Source: Octopus sinensis (taxonomy: Eukaryota). Taken from it: a DNA stretch of 64,000 bases. The notes below the pieces were generated by a model. That model was not told the origin of the DNA. It did not search any database and was given only the letters and a program-made list of their open reading frames with translations. This document shows, piece by piece, positions 52,431-64,000 of this stretch. The stretch lies in assembly GCF_006345805.1 (NCBI RefSeq), contig NC_043012.1, positions 47,802,001 through 47,866,000 of the forward strand. The letters are read 5' to 3'. A program made the position numbers and the translations under genes. Positions within the stretch are counted from its first letter, which is position 1. Each line of letters starts with the position of its first letter.

Positions 52431-52909
52431 ATGCAGTCTAATAACAGAAACAAATACAACAAAAAGACGATATAATTTACTGCAAGTTCTGATGTGCTTT
52501 TCTGAATAGTAGTGCTCCATCTGCAGCCTTCATTGAAACGATTACTGCTTTTTCCTTTAATGCAGTTACTGTTGTTTATTCTTCTTACTGTTGTTACTGA
52601 TGATGTGGTGTCTTATAAACAATGATATTGTCGTAGTTCTTCTTGAGTCCAAAGAAACAGAAGAGAAGGTCTATGATATGAGGCATTGTATCTGTGTACA
52701 TTCCATTTTGTATAAGACGACGATGTTGCTGCTGCTGATGACGATGATGACGACAACGACGACGACGGCGACGGTGGCAGCGGCGTTATGATGATGATGG
52801 TGTGATGATGACAACGGGGATGATGATGATGATGACGATGACGACGACGCTGCAACTGATGATGATGATGCTGATGGAAAAGCTGATGATTAGAGAATAT
52901 ATATGTAGT

Positions 52910-53050
52910 GGCAGGACCCACGCAAGACAACTGGATATTATTGGGGAAGATCTCCAGAAGTTCGATTTCACCTTGGAGAATGCAGAGGGGCTGGTACATG
53001 ACCGCCAGTAATGGAGGGCACAGGTGGACATGGTCAACTCTACGAAATAA
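52910..53050 (+). pseudogene. RTE-like LINE 3' coding remnant
   Basis: GRTHARQLDIIGEDLQKFDFTLENAEGLVHDRQ*WRAQV resembles the GRP..W.D.I..DL...A.DR..WR C-terminus. Confidence 0.45.
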
Positions 53051-53723
53051 AACAAGAAACGAGCAAACAAGTACAATCATTCAGATTACTCTATCAAAAG
53101 TAACGCTCATTAATTCACATTGTTTTCAATTAACCATGTATTTATCTCATAGCTTCAAGATTTTGATGATGTGAATGTTTATTCTTTAAAATGAAATGCT
53201 AGGGTAAGTGTGAGAGGTCAAATTTAAGGTCAACAGGAAACAGGTAGAATATTTGCGCCAGATATGGCCGGTTTAAATGCTAATGGTTTAAGTCTGTAGA
53301 GTATGATTTGAGGGAAATTTGGCTGTTATTTTTATGAGGCTGAACTCTCACTTAAGCACCTATTTAGTGTGTGCAGGTATCGGTGTTGTTCTACGTTAAC
53401 CGTTTATATATCAACAATTGAATATCTGTTGTATTCATTTTTACGAATTCCTTTAGCAATTTCTTATTCTTTGGTTTGCTGCTCACAACCGGTGTGTTTT
53501 TTTTTTTGTTATAATTGTTTAACATGTTTATCTTGTTCTAAATATTGTTATAACTGCTTGTTGTTTGTTTGTGTTTGTTTGTTTTTCTGCTAGTTTTGTT
53601 GGAAAAAACTACAGCTACTTACATTGTTGACGGTGCTTCCTTCTCTCTCTCGTGTTGAAGGTATTCATTCCATCAACATAATTTCTGCGCCTGCTGCACT
53701 AAATGGCGTCGTTGACGACGAAG

Positions 53724-53862
53724 ATGCTGCTGCTGCTGCTGATGATGATGATGATTATGATGATGACGACGACGATGAGGATGACGATTTTGATGATAGT
53801 GCGGATGATGACCATGATGACGAGGATAACGTCGTCGACGACGAAGATGATGATGATGACGA
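53724..53862. repeat. (GAT/GAC)n degenerate microsatellite
   Basis: Direct reading. Confidence 0.85.
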
Positions 53863-54261
53863 TAGGAAAGCTGATGCTTAGAGAATATTTAAATAATGTA
53901 CTTCTGCTTATAGAAAATCGTGACATACTGAAGCACTCTGGTGGCACATCGGAATACAGAGTTGTCGGATAAATTAATTCCATTTATAACAGTTTACATT
54001 ATTTTAGATTATTTCTTTATATTTTCTAAAGTTATTTTCTTATTTTTGTTCCTATCTTGTTTAAAATTTGCCTTCTTCTTTAATTTCATTCTTTTAGGTT
54101 TGCTATCTTTTTTTTTCATTTCCTCGGTTTAATTAAGTTCTGGAACAACGACACAGTTTTCTTGAGTGGCTGGATGATGTTTTTTTAGCATTTCTTCTTT
54201 ATTTATTTTTTTCTTTTGAAATTCAGGTATTCTAATGGGCTGCATATTTTGTTGTGCGCAT

Positions 54262-54262
54262 T

Positions 54263-54327
<65 letters not shown>

Positions 54328-54328
54328 A

Positions 54329-54373
<45 letters not shown>

Positions 54374-54382
54374 GTCAGTCTG

Positions 54383-54437
<55 letters not shown>
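54262..54437. repeat. (CTAT)n microsatellite
   Basis: Direct reading. Confidence 0.95.
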
Positions 54438-54508
54438 GAATGTCTGTCTAACTGTCTGTCTTTCTATCTGTTTGCCCCCCCCTCTCTCTCTCTCTTTCTT
54501 TATATATA

Positions 54509-54892
54509 TCTCTCTCTATATAAACGGCAGTTTGTCTGTGCGTGTTTCTGTGTGTCTGTTTGCTTGTACCCTCACCCTCACCACGGCTTTCAACCGATTC
54601 TGATGAAACTTGACACACACATACCCCAATGTCATAATTCAAAACTAACGTAGCGAAAATTTTGAAAAGTTCCCCCAGTTCTGAAAAAAATCGATAAATT
54701 CGACATGGGGTCGAGAATCAGAAACACAAACCGCAAACTGTCTAGGGGACGCAACTCCACCTTTTTTCACTCTCAAAAAAAATTTACCATCATTTTTTTC
54801 CATTTTTTTGCTATTTTTTGGCTATAACTCTCTAAAAATGCTTTATAGTTATTTCCCTTACAAACCTGAGCAACGCCGGGCGATACTGCTAG
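54509..54892 (+). mobile_element. Non-autonomous Helitron
   Basis: 5' TC..TATATAAA start, AACCGATT..ATGAAACTT motif, 3' hairpin CCTGAGCAACGCCGGG then CTAG (54889-92) followed by T. Confidence 0.75.
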
Positions 54893-55675
54893 TAGTGTAT
54901 ATAAAAGGCTGACAGAGTGACGAATAGAAAGATGATTACATATTACAAGGTACAGATGTGCGCATGTGATAATATATATATGCGTGTGTGTGTGTGTGTA
55001 TGTGTGTGTGTGTGTGCGTGTGTGTGTGTGCGTATGTGTGTGTTAGTATTTATGCTCGTATGTGCGGAGTGCGAGCGTGTATACTCGGCCTCCAGTGACA
55101 TGAAGCAGTACTGAGAGAGCGTGTATGGATAAATTGGAAATTAATTCACGTGGATATGCTTGATAAATATTTACTCAAACTCACTGTGTATATAAATATA
55201 GTCGCCGAACCACAGCGCTCTTTTCTGTACATAACCGATTTTCGGGAACGTTCAACTAGTTTCGACTAGTTATTGCTATACTTTTATTGACTTGTGTCTC
55301 TCTGTGTATTTATATATCTAAATCTGCTGAAAATTTCTCAATCACCGTTGAACACCATGAATTTCCTTTCGAAAAATCATTAGACAGAAAAATATTTTTG
55401 TTCCGGTGAATATTTGACAAATTATCTAATCTTTCGTTTAGGTAAATTCTCCTGTGTAGTTTAGCAAATATCTTTAAGTACATAATATTACTTATTATAA
55501 CACTATGATTATCATCGGTTAATATTTAATTTGTTTAAACTGAATTGTATTCATATAAAAAATCTCTGTAACGACGTTGTCTAACCAAATAAAATTTATA
55601 ACCGAACATCTGACAGAGATGTGAAACAGAGATGTTGTCTATACCTTTACTACAGTGGTATCTAAATTTCAGTAA

Positions 55676-55888
55676 GGCGGCGAGCTGGCAGAAACGTTAG
55701 CACGCCGGGCGAAATGCGTAGCCGTATTTCGTCTGCTGTTACGTTCTGAGTTCAAATTCTGCCGAGGTCCACTTTGCCTTCGGGGTCGATAAATTAAGTA
55801 CCTGTTACGCACTTGGGTCGATATAATCGACTTAATCCGTTTGTCTTTTCCTCTCTGTGTGTAGCCCCTTGTGGGCAGTAAAGAAATA
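55676..55888 (+). mobile_element. SINE family B
   Basis: Near-consensus copy, tail GTAAAGAAATA. Confidence 0.85.
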
Positions 55889-56410
55889 GGTACCTGACCA
55901 TCAATACTAAAATAATGTGTACGAATCTCTCACAAAAGTATGCGACACCGTAATGCATCATTTTCTACTAAAGAACAGATCCCATCACAAGCACTACTTC
56001 TTCCTGTCTTTTGTCTATTATAGTTTCAATTGAATAGCTTCCTCTAAAGATGGCTTGTGCAAACTACACACCTGAGTCTCTCCCTCTCAAGGCACTTCCC
56101 ATTTATGGAATAATTAACAGAAACATAAATGCGCTATTGGCTCGCTTAATGCCATACTGCTTAATTGATGATAGAAGTCATTTATATTGTTTTAAGTGCT
56201 AAATCAATAATACTGGAAAAAAAAGATATTTAGAGTGCATTAATTTAATATGAGCTGTATATTTAATGGATATTTCTTTACATATGCGTCTGTGTATATA
56301 TATATATGGTCTAATGAGTGTATGTACGGGTTATAGATTTTCAGAATGGAACACATATATGTGTGTGTCCCGTAGACACACATACACATATATGTATATA
56401 TGTATATATA

Positions 56411-56482
<72 letters not shown>

Positions 56483-56496
56483 GTGTGTGTATACAC

Positions 56497-56716
56497 ACTT
56501 TCTCTTTACTCTTTTACTTGTTTCAGTAAATTGACTGCGACCATGCTGGAGCACCGCCTTTAGTCGAGAAAATCGACCCTAGGACTTATTCTTTGTAAGC
56601 CTAGTACTTATTCAATCGGTTTCTTTTGCCGAACCGCTAAGTTACGGGACGTAAACGCACAAGCATCGGTTGGCAAGCGATACTGGGGGTCAAACATAAG
56701 ACACACAAACAGACAC

Positions 56717-56783
<67 letters not shown>

Positions 56784-56955
56784 ATACATATATACGACGG
56801 GTTTCATACAGTTTCCGTCTACCAAATCCACTCACAAGGCTTTGATCAGCCCGAGGCTCTAGTAGAAGACACTTGCCCTAGGTTTCATGCAGTGGGACTG
56901 AACCCGTAACCATGTGGCTGGTAAGCAAGCTACTTACCACACAGCCACTCCTGCG

Positions 56956-56957
<2 letters not shown>
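56497..56957 (-). mobile_element. SINE family A
   Basis: Full consensus on the minus strand with an expanded TA tract. Confidence 0.85.
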
Positions 56958-56997
<40 letters not shown>

Positions 56998-57010
56998 TAT
57001 GCATATATAT

Positions 57011-57045
<35 letters not shown>

Positions 57046-57089
57046 TATATAATATATATATATATAGACTTTTATATAAATAAATAACG

Positions 57090-57190
57090 TGAAATACACG
57101 AAGGGACGAACAAAAAGACAAACGGTTCATTCAAAGCCTTCATTCTTCAGTCAGAAACTGATCCCTCATCGCAGATTTCGGCTGTTATAG
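57090..57190 (-). repeat. Truncated repeat with CGAAA-N25-CTGAAGAA motif
   Basis: GAAA at 57179-76 and CTGAAGA at 57150-44; NUH strand not found upstream. Confidence 0.4.
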
Positions 57191-57221
<31 letters not shown>

Positions 57222-57799
57222 TATGCATATATATATATATACATATATATGCATATATATATATATATACATACATACATACATACATACATACATCATG
57301 AGAAAGAATACATGATTTGACTCGCATGTTGCCAAGGAAGAAAATTACCAGCGATGACAAAACCCCCAGCTTTGACCTATCCTGCTCTAATTCACCAAAA
57401 TACCACTAATACATTGAGTTCTTTGATGGTATTTATTTTCTTTTGATAGTTTCAATCCAATTCATTGACTTTTCAAAGCGCGTTGGTCATTATTTTTTCT
57501 CATCTATTAACTAATAAAATCTCCATACGTAATAAGGCAGCCTTAGTTTGGAAAACAAACCAGTACCAACATTTTAAATTAGCAAATCAGAAAAAAAACA
57601 AAAACTTTTATTTTCCTCTTCGATACAACTATATATAATTAGGGTCATAAAGTGTATTTAGTTCACGGAAGTTAAATAATAAATGTGTAATTTTGTTTTG
57701 TTTTCGATTCACATATTTGGTGCCGAACTCTTTCTTCAAAAAACGATGAACTGACGTAAGTGCATGTGCACTTTTTCCTTCTCTCTTTCTCACTTCGTG

Positions 57800-57836
<37 letters not shown>

Positions 57837-57968
57837 ATGTATGAATATATATATATATGTATGTATGTATGAATGTATATATATATATACGCACATATAT
57901 ATTATGTTTTACATATTATATTATATATATATATTGACGTATATATGCATATCTATCTATTTATCTAC

Positions 57969-58034
<66 letters not shown>

Positions 58035-58448
58035 TTATGCACAATTGTATGGATATAGACATTTACTTACGTTTACATATGTGTATATGTGCATGTGTGT
58101 GTGAGTGTGTGTATGTGTGCATTTATGTGTATGAGTGTGTGTGTGTCTGTTTGTGCACGCGTGTGTGTATGAGCACATTCTGTTTTTGTGCGCGCATGCT
58201 TATATGAATACGATGCACTCACTAATTCTGTCTTCTATTTATTTCACTATTATGATGTTGCAAATAAAGAGACTCCTGCAAAAACTGAATATTTCGTTGA
58301 AAGAAATACCGCCTAATCAAAATACATAAAACTGCAATTTAATGTACATATATACACACGTCCAATCATGCACTCGAATGTTTAATATATTTTACCCTAT
58401 TATATTTAACTATATTCATACTCACTCACACCCTTTCGCAGAAAAATA

Positions 58449-58491
<43 letters not shown>

Positions 58492-58548
58492 CATATATAT
58501 TTATGGAAAATGTACATGTGTATATATGTATGAATATATATGTATAGG

Positions 58549-58604
<56 letters not shown>

Positions 58605-60083
58605 ATATATATATTATATATATATATACGCATCTGTGTGTGCGTTGTCGGACATGCGTAAATTTGTGTGTTCATACATACATACATACATACATACATA
58701 CATGCTTGTTCATTCATAATCCATAATATAGCCGGAATCTACGTAAGTAAAGCGAGATCTCGTGGAAGATTCTAATCAAGAGAACTTAGTGTGTACATAG
58801 AAGTGTTCTGAAACGGGAAGGATTCCAAATGCTGCTTGGTTCCACTGGATATGCATCCCACCAGCACTATAGTTTTTGCACAACAAAGGCTAAGTGAAAT
58901 TTCATGTCGTCTCAAAATGCAAATAGTTCTTTGAATTAAGGTGAGCAGAAACACTAAGTGATATTGTCTATCAGCTGAATCACATATTTTGTTTCGGTAT
59001 ATAAACCGCGAGTACAGTTCCAGACAATAAGAACAGAATTTTATAGAAACTTCGTTAGTGGCATTATCGATGTTAATGGTGTCTTAGTAGGTATTTGAAA
59101 TCCATATTAGACGAATTAGGAAGCTTAACGGAAACACCAGCCATCTGATAAACAGGCATATAGATGGTCTAAACCTTGTGTGGGATGTTAAAATTCTGTC
59201 ATCTTTTATCCTATTTTTTTAATTTCATTAAATTGTAGAACGTTGAAGACCCTGCTAGACCCCTATAGATTGTTGTCGAAAGTAATTGCCAGACGAAATG
59301 CATTTGATGCATAACTAAAATTACCCAAATTATCGAAATCAGTCCAAAATTTTCAATAATTATGTGCATCATTTATTGACTCAACTCTTCATGTCAACTT
59401 TGAGGAAAATACAATATAGAGATCTGCTTTAAAAATCGATCCCGTGTGTTACAAAGAGTAGATGTGGGAACTTGGTTGTTGTGTGATTGGACTATCAAAA
59501 ATTATTCAGCAGAATACATAAAATCATGGAATCGCTGATGAATGAATGCTTAACAAATTTATAGACCATAATTTTATTCTAGATAGAAGACACTCATGTA
59601 TTACACTTTTCTATATCAAATTTACACACTTGCTCTTTCTGCTTTAATGTTCTCAGTTCTTAAGTATTTCCCGAAGAAATAAAAAGACTACAGAAATGTA
59701 CTGTCTAAATATAGAACAATTTCTCCTTTTCGCGTATCGGGAACAGATTGCAGTCCTCCATCGCATTAGTCTTTGACATATGAAACAACTCAATACACCA
59801 AAGATTTGGAATGAAATTTGGGGTTTAAAAGTATGCTTATATATTGAGGGAAAAAAAACTAAATCCTTGTAAAGGGAAGTGAGTAAGAAATATTCAGATA
59901 CTAGTCAATGTATCAAAATATACTAAGAAAACCTATGGCTACTAGTATATGAGCAATTCAACTCCGCGGCACTAGGAAATAGCTTTCTATATACAATAAA
60001 TCTATCATTAGCGCTCTCTTTCTAGCCCGTCTATATACTTACATACACTGCTGTACGTGGACGCTGGCTGTATTGATCCTTAC

Positions 60084-60254
60084 AGGTGTAAACTTGAACT
60101 CAGCGGTAGATGACAGTAGAAAGAAGACGCGAGAAATAGGAGATTACCCAATGTAACGCTGAATTTTCGTTTCAATTAGCAACAGAGGTCGGTGGTATGA
60201 TGTGATACGAAGTCAGCGTCCTTAACTCAATGTTAAAAGATTGAGACTTCCGGT
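60084..60254 (-). promoter_or_regulatory. Possible promoter / first exon
   Basis: ETS-like CCGGAAGT (60246-60253), locally CpG-enriched unique sequence, minus-strand donor GTAAGG at 60083-60078. Confidence 0.2.
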
Positions 60255-60465
60255 GTGTGTGACGAAAGGGGCAAAATCTAAAGCAAGTAAGGAACACAAT
60301 CACACACTTTATTTATGTTCACAAGCACCAGATGAACTCTAGAGGTAGAACAACAAATAAGAGTGGGAAGAAACACGGAGTAAAAACTGACATAATTCAT
60401 TCCCTATAATTAAGTGTGAGTTGTTGGGCTTGTTCTTACTCGGTGGCTTCTGTGTGTTTCCTTTT

Positions 60466-60528
<63 letters not shown>

Positions 60529-60589
60529 GTATGAATGTATGTATGTATGTATGTATGTGTGTGTATATATGTGCGTATGCATATAATTG

Positions 60590-60620
<31 letters not shown>

Positions 60621-61676
60621 ACGCATGAATGTATGCATACATATTTATATGTATATATGTGTGTGTGTTTGCGTGCGTATGTGTATGTATACATATAAAT
60701 GCATGCATATAAGTGCCATCTATCAATGTATGTTTGTGTGTATTCATACATGTATATATTCACATATATGCATATATATACACGCCATATATACAATATA
60801 TACATTCATCTCTCTATTAAATATATATGTATACATGTTTTTACATATCTATGTATCAATCTAGCTATGTATCCATGTATATGTGTGTCTCTAAAAAGTA
60901 TATATATATCACATTTTCATTGGCAATGCCGATGACATTTACATTGAATCCGCTGATGATCTATTTCATCTGTACAAACTAATACAATCTACATATATAA
61001 TATTGCTTCTCATGAGGCAGATAGAGCGAACTAGATGTATTACTTGTTGAAGTAAATCTTCAGATCACTATCTAATCTCGTCCAACGATAATTACCGTCA
61101 CACTGTGTGCCGAGTTACTGAGTACAAACAACTGCAATGATAAATAAAATCATTAACTTTTTATTCGAAATTTGTTTCCGAACAGTAAATACAAAATAGA
61201 AAATAAAATTTGCTTATAATGCCATGATATTCTCACTCTCTCACTCTCACATATTTTCGCTCTTTTTTTTCGCTGTTTCTCGCTCTCCCTCCCTCCACAT
61301 TCTTCTATCTATCTATTTATCTATCTATCTGTTTATGCATCAGTACGTTAAGATATATAGATATACATATATATACATGTGTGCATATCATATATATATA
61401 TATATATAATTTATTGGTTTAAGTCAGAGGCTCGGGCCATGCTGGAGCACTGCCTTTCAGTGTGTTTGAGATTCATTTTTGCACTGCTTTTGGTAATATA
61501 ACGAGTTGGTAACAGCCACTCTTCTTTGTGCCTCTGCCTCGATGTGTTTACATCTGGTATTTCAGAAATTTGTCCTGACTCTCATTGGAGATCTGCAACT
61601 CGAAAATATCTGAAGCTGAATACTGAATAGTTATGAACCCTTGACATCCAACCTGCTATAAGATTGGGTCCTCATT

Positions 61677-61901
61677 CGAAAAACCTGGCTGATGACAGTC
61701 AAGGCTGATCTGGAACCGAACCTAGGCCCCCATATCTACGGCGTTCGCCGCTGGAATAAGGAGTGGCTGGAGATCACGCGGTCGTTAGCTTCAAATCGCC
61801 AGACCTGGTCAGCGTTTGTGAGAGATGCAGCATTGAGGAGGAATGAAGCCAGCTCAACCCACCCCGGGTGAATGCTGTCTCAAATCAAGTCAAGTCAAGT
61901 C
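61677..61901 (+). mobile_element. RTE-clade LINE 3' end with (CAAGT)n tail
   Basis: RKTWLMTVKADLEPNLGPHIYGVRRWNKEW..ASNRQTWSAFVRDA..STHPG* then CAAATCAAGTCAAGTCAAGTC. Confidence 0.7.
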
Positions 61902-61935
61902 ATTCGAGATAGAGGACACGGACATTTAGTATTAT

Positions 61936-62130
61936 TCACAATCGTCCGGTTCGGTGGTTAGTATAACTTTCACTTCTAAGGTTGGTAGATAGACCTTCCA
62001 ATGCCTTCCATGTGCATGTCACTGCATATCTATCACGCCTTCTCTCAAGCGAATAGAGACTCAGTTCCTTTAGCTTCACCCATTCACTCATCCGTTTCAT
62101 CGAATCAATCTTCTTTGTGTAGATGCTAAG
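61936..62130 (-). pseudogene. CR1/L2-like LINE C-terminal remnant
   Basis: KLKELSLYSLERRRDRY...WKALEGL motif. Confidence 0.6.
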
Positions 62131-62574
62131 TACATTAAATATTTTCACTATTATTATTACACGCATGCTATTTCTGACCAGCTACACGCGTCTAGAGGCT
62201 TACTTCGGAATTTCTATTTGGCTATATTTGCGGTACTTATATGTATTCATGACATTGCGTCTGCTCTTCCGTAGGTATGTGTAAGCATTTAATTTATTTT
62301 CATTATGTTCTTCGCTGATAAAGGTAAAATCTTTTGGGATTAATCCTGAAATCGGACTGATAGGGAGAAAACTAAAGTTTTACCAATTTCTGTTAGTTTG
62401 CTTCCACGTTACGATACATGTGTAGTAATAATAATGAAACTATTTAATGTGGTTAGACGATGTAACGTCTATTTGACCTTATTTATACTTGCGTTTATAA
62501 TTTCACCTTAAAAGGTATTTTTTCATATACTGGCCACTGATAAAAATTTTAGCAATTTTATCCTTATATTATAA

Positions 62575-62624
<50 letters not shown>

Positions 62625-62628
<4 letters not shown>

Positions 62629-62770
62629 CGGGAAGCTTTATGAAAATAAACAAAAGACGAAGGCAGGTGGAAAACAAACGAACAATTGTATTAGTATGGC
62701 GCTCAGGAAATATAAATAAAACAAGTCTTTAACGTTTCGAGCCTACGCTCTTCAACAGAAAGATACACAG
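62625..62770 (-). mobile_element. ~145-bp HHR-bearing element embedded in (TA)n
   Basis: Related to 35945-36145. Confidence 0.6.
62726..62763 (-). ncRNA. Minimal type I hammerhead, variant core CUGUUGA
   Basis: TCTTT-CTGTTGA-A-GAGC-gtag-GCTC-GAAA-CGTT-AAAGA; perfect 5-bp stem I and 4-bp stem II. Confidence 0.6.
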
Positions 62771-62791
62771 ATATATATATACATATATATA

Positions 62792-64000
62792 CAGTTGCGG
62801 CCAAAATGTTCAGAACGGCATTTTTTTCGTCAGGAAAGTAAGTATAAGTTTTAATCAAAGTCGTTTTATATTCTATAATTTTCACAGACAATAAATACAA
62901 TATTAATTGTTATTGTCTGAGATTTTGGTGTAATTTGAGAGGATAATACAAAAGTTATGGATGATTTAGTGATTTACTGCAAAACCCATGGCGGCCAAAA
63001 TGATCAGAACGGTTGAAAAAATAACAAAATAATCAAAAATGAGAGAGAATACTGGAATTATTTAATATTTAGTGTGAAGCCCTTTAGCTTCAATCACACT
63101 CTGACATCTTTGACTGCATGAGGAAATTAAATCTTCAATTTCTTGCTGGGTGATCTTACTCCATTCTTCCTGAAGGGCATTCCATAATTGCTCGGTTGTT
63201 TTAGGATTTCTGGCTTTCGAACGTCCTCCTAGAATATTCCACACATTTTCAATAGGATTGAGATCTGGCTTTGAGCAGGCCATTCCATAACAATAACCTT
63301 TTCAGCCTTGTGGCAGTTCATGACCACCTTAGCCTTGTGACATGGAGCATTGTCCTGCATGAATATGGGTGGTCGCTTAGTTGAATTTCTCAGCACAGGC
63401 AAGACATGATCTTTTACAAGTTGTTTATAAACTTCTGCATTTACCTTTCCATGTAATCGCACCAAAGAGACCACACCATCTGCAGATATCATCCCCCAAA
63501 CCATGACACTTCCTCCACCGAATTTAACACTAGTCTTAAGGCATTTAGGCGACAATTTTTCACCTACTTTTCTACGAACGTACCTTTTCCCATCTGAGCC
63601 AAATAACATAAACTTAGATTCATCACTGAAATGCACCGTTTGCCATTTTTCTTGAGACCACAACACATGTTTGGTTACAAAGGTAAGACGACACTTTTTA
63701 TTCTTGGAGCTGATCAGTGGCTTCACTGCAGATGCTCTTGCTTGTAGGTCATGTTCAACTAAACGACGAGACACAGTTTTTCGAGATAAAGTTTTCTTCA
63801 ATACAATGCTCATTTTCCGAGAAACAGCAGCAGCAGTTTTAAATCTGTCCTTTTTAACCAACTTTACCATAGCACGATCTTCTCTCTTGGTCGTTTTTTC
63901 TTGGCCTACCTGTAAAATTTCTTGCTTCACACGAACCACAATCATCGTAGACCTTAAGAATACCGTGTACAACACTGTTTGACTTGTTAACAATTTTTGC
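62792..64000 (-). mobile_element. Tc1 transposon (IR/DR type), truncated by the window end
   Basis: TA then CAGTTGCGGCCAAAATGTTCAGAACGG; the 22-bp motif at 62797-62818 is repeated at 62991-63012 with 1 mismatch. Confidence 0.9.
63062..64000 (-). pseudogene. Tc1 DD34E transposase with two 1-bp frameshifts
   Basis: GRPRK, FSDESKF, GGGSVMVWG, FMQDNAP-34 aa-E (WPAQS[P]DLNPIENVW); frameshifts near 63895 and 63268. Confidence 0.9.

Overview
AT-rich, microsatellite-saturated, non-coding or intronic animal DNA. The SINE families and repeat content suggest an octopus or other coleoid cephalopod; this is inference. No host gene can be called with confidence, and almost all ORFs in the track are microsatellite or repeat artefacts. 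The window holds about 25 tRNA-derived SINE copies from three families, and two Penelope-like element (PLE) remnants with RT-thumb and/or GIY-YIG coding sequence. It also holds a young IR/DR-type Tc1 (DD34E) running off the right end, a decayed DD37D/maT transposase, a Gypsy gag remnant, a non-autonomous Helitron, LINE 3' ends and several fold-back elements. The main discovery is a set of hammerhead ribozyme (HHR) motifs. Some are ordinary minimal type I HHRs of PLE type (36009, 62726, 30469). In addition, at least four dispersed repeats (878, 6786, 33692, 43401) carry all three hammerhead strands in a NON-circularly permuted order: NUH strand, then GAAA strand, then CUGANGA strand. They share an identical 25-nt GAAA-to-CUGA spacing, and their stems co-vary between copies. 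These sit in direct-repeat, retrozyme/PLE-like units. All folds were done by eye and none is experimentally tested.
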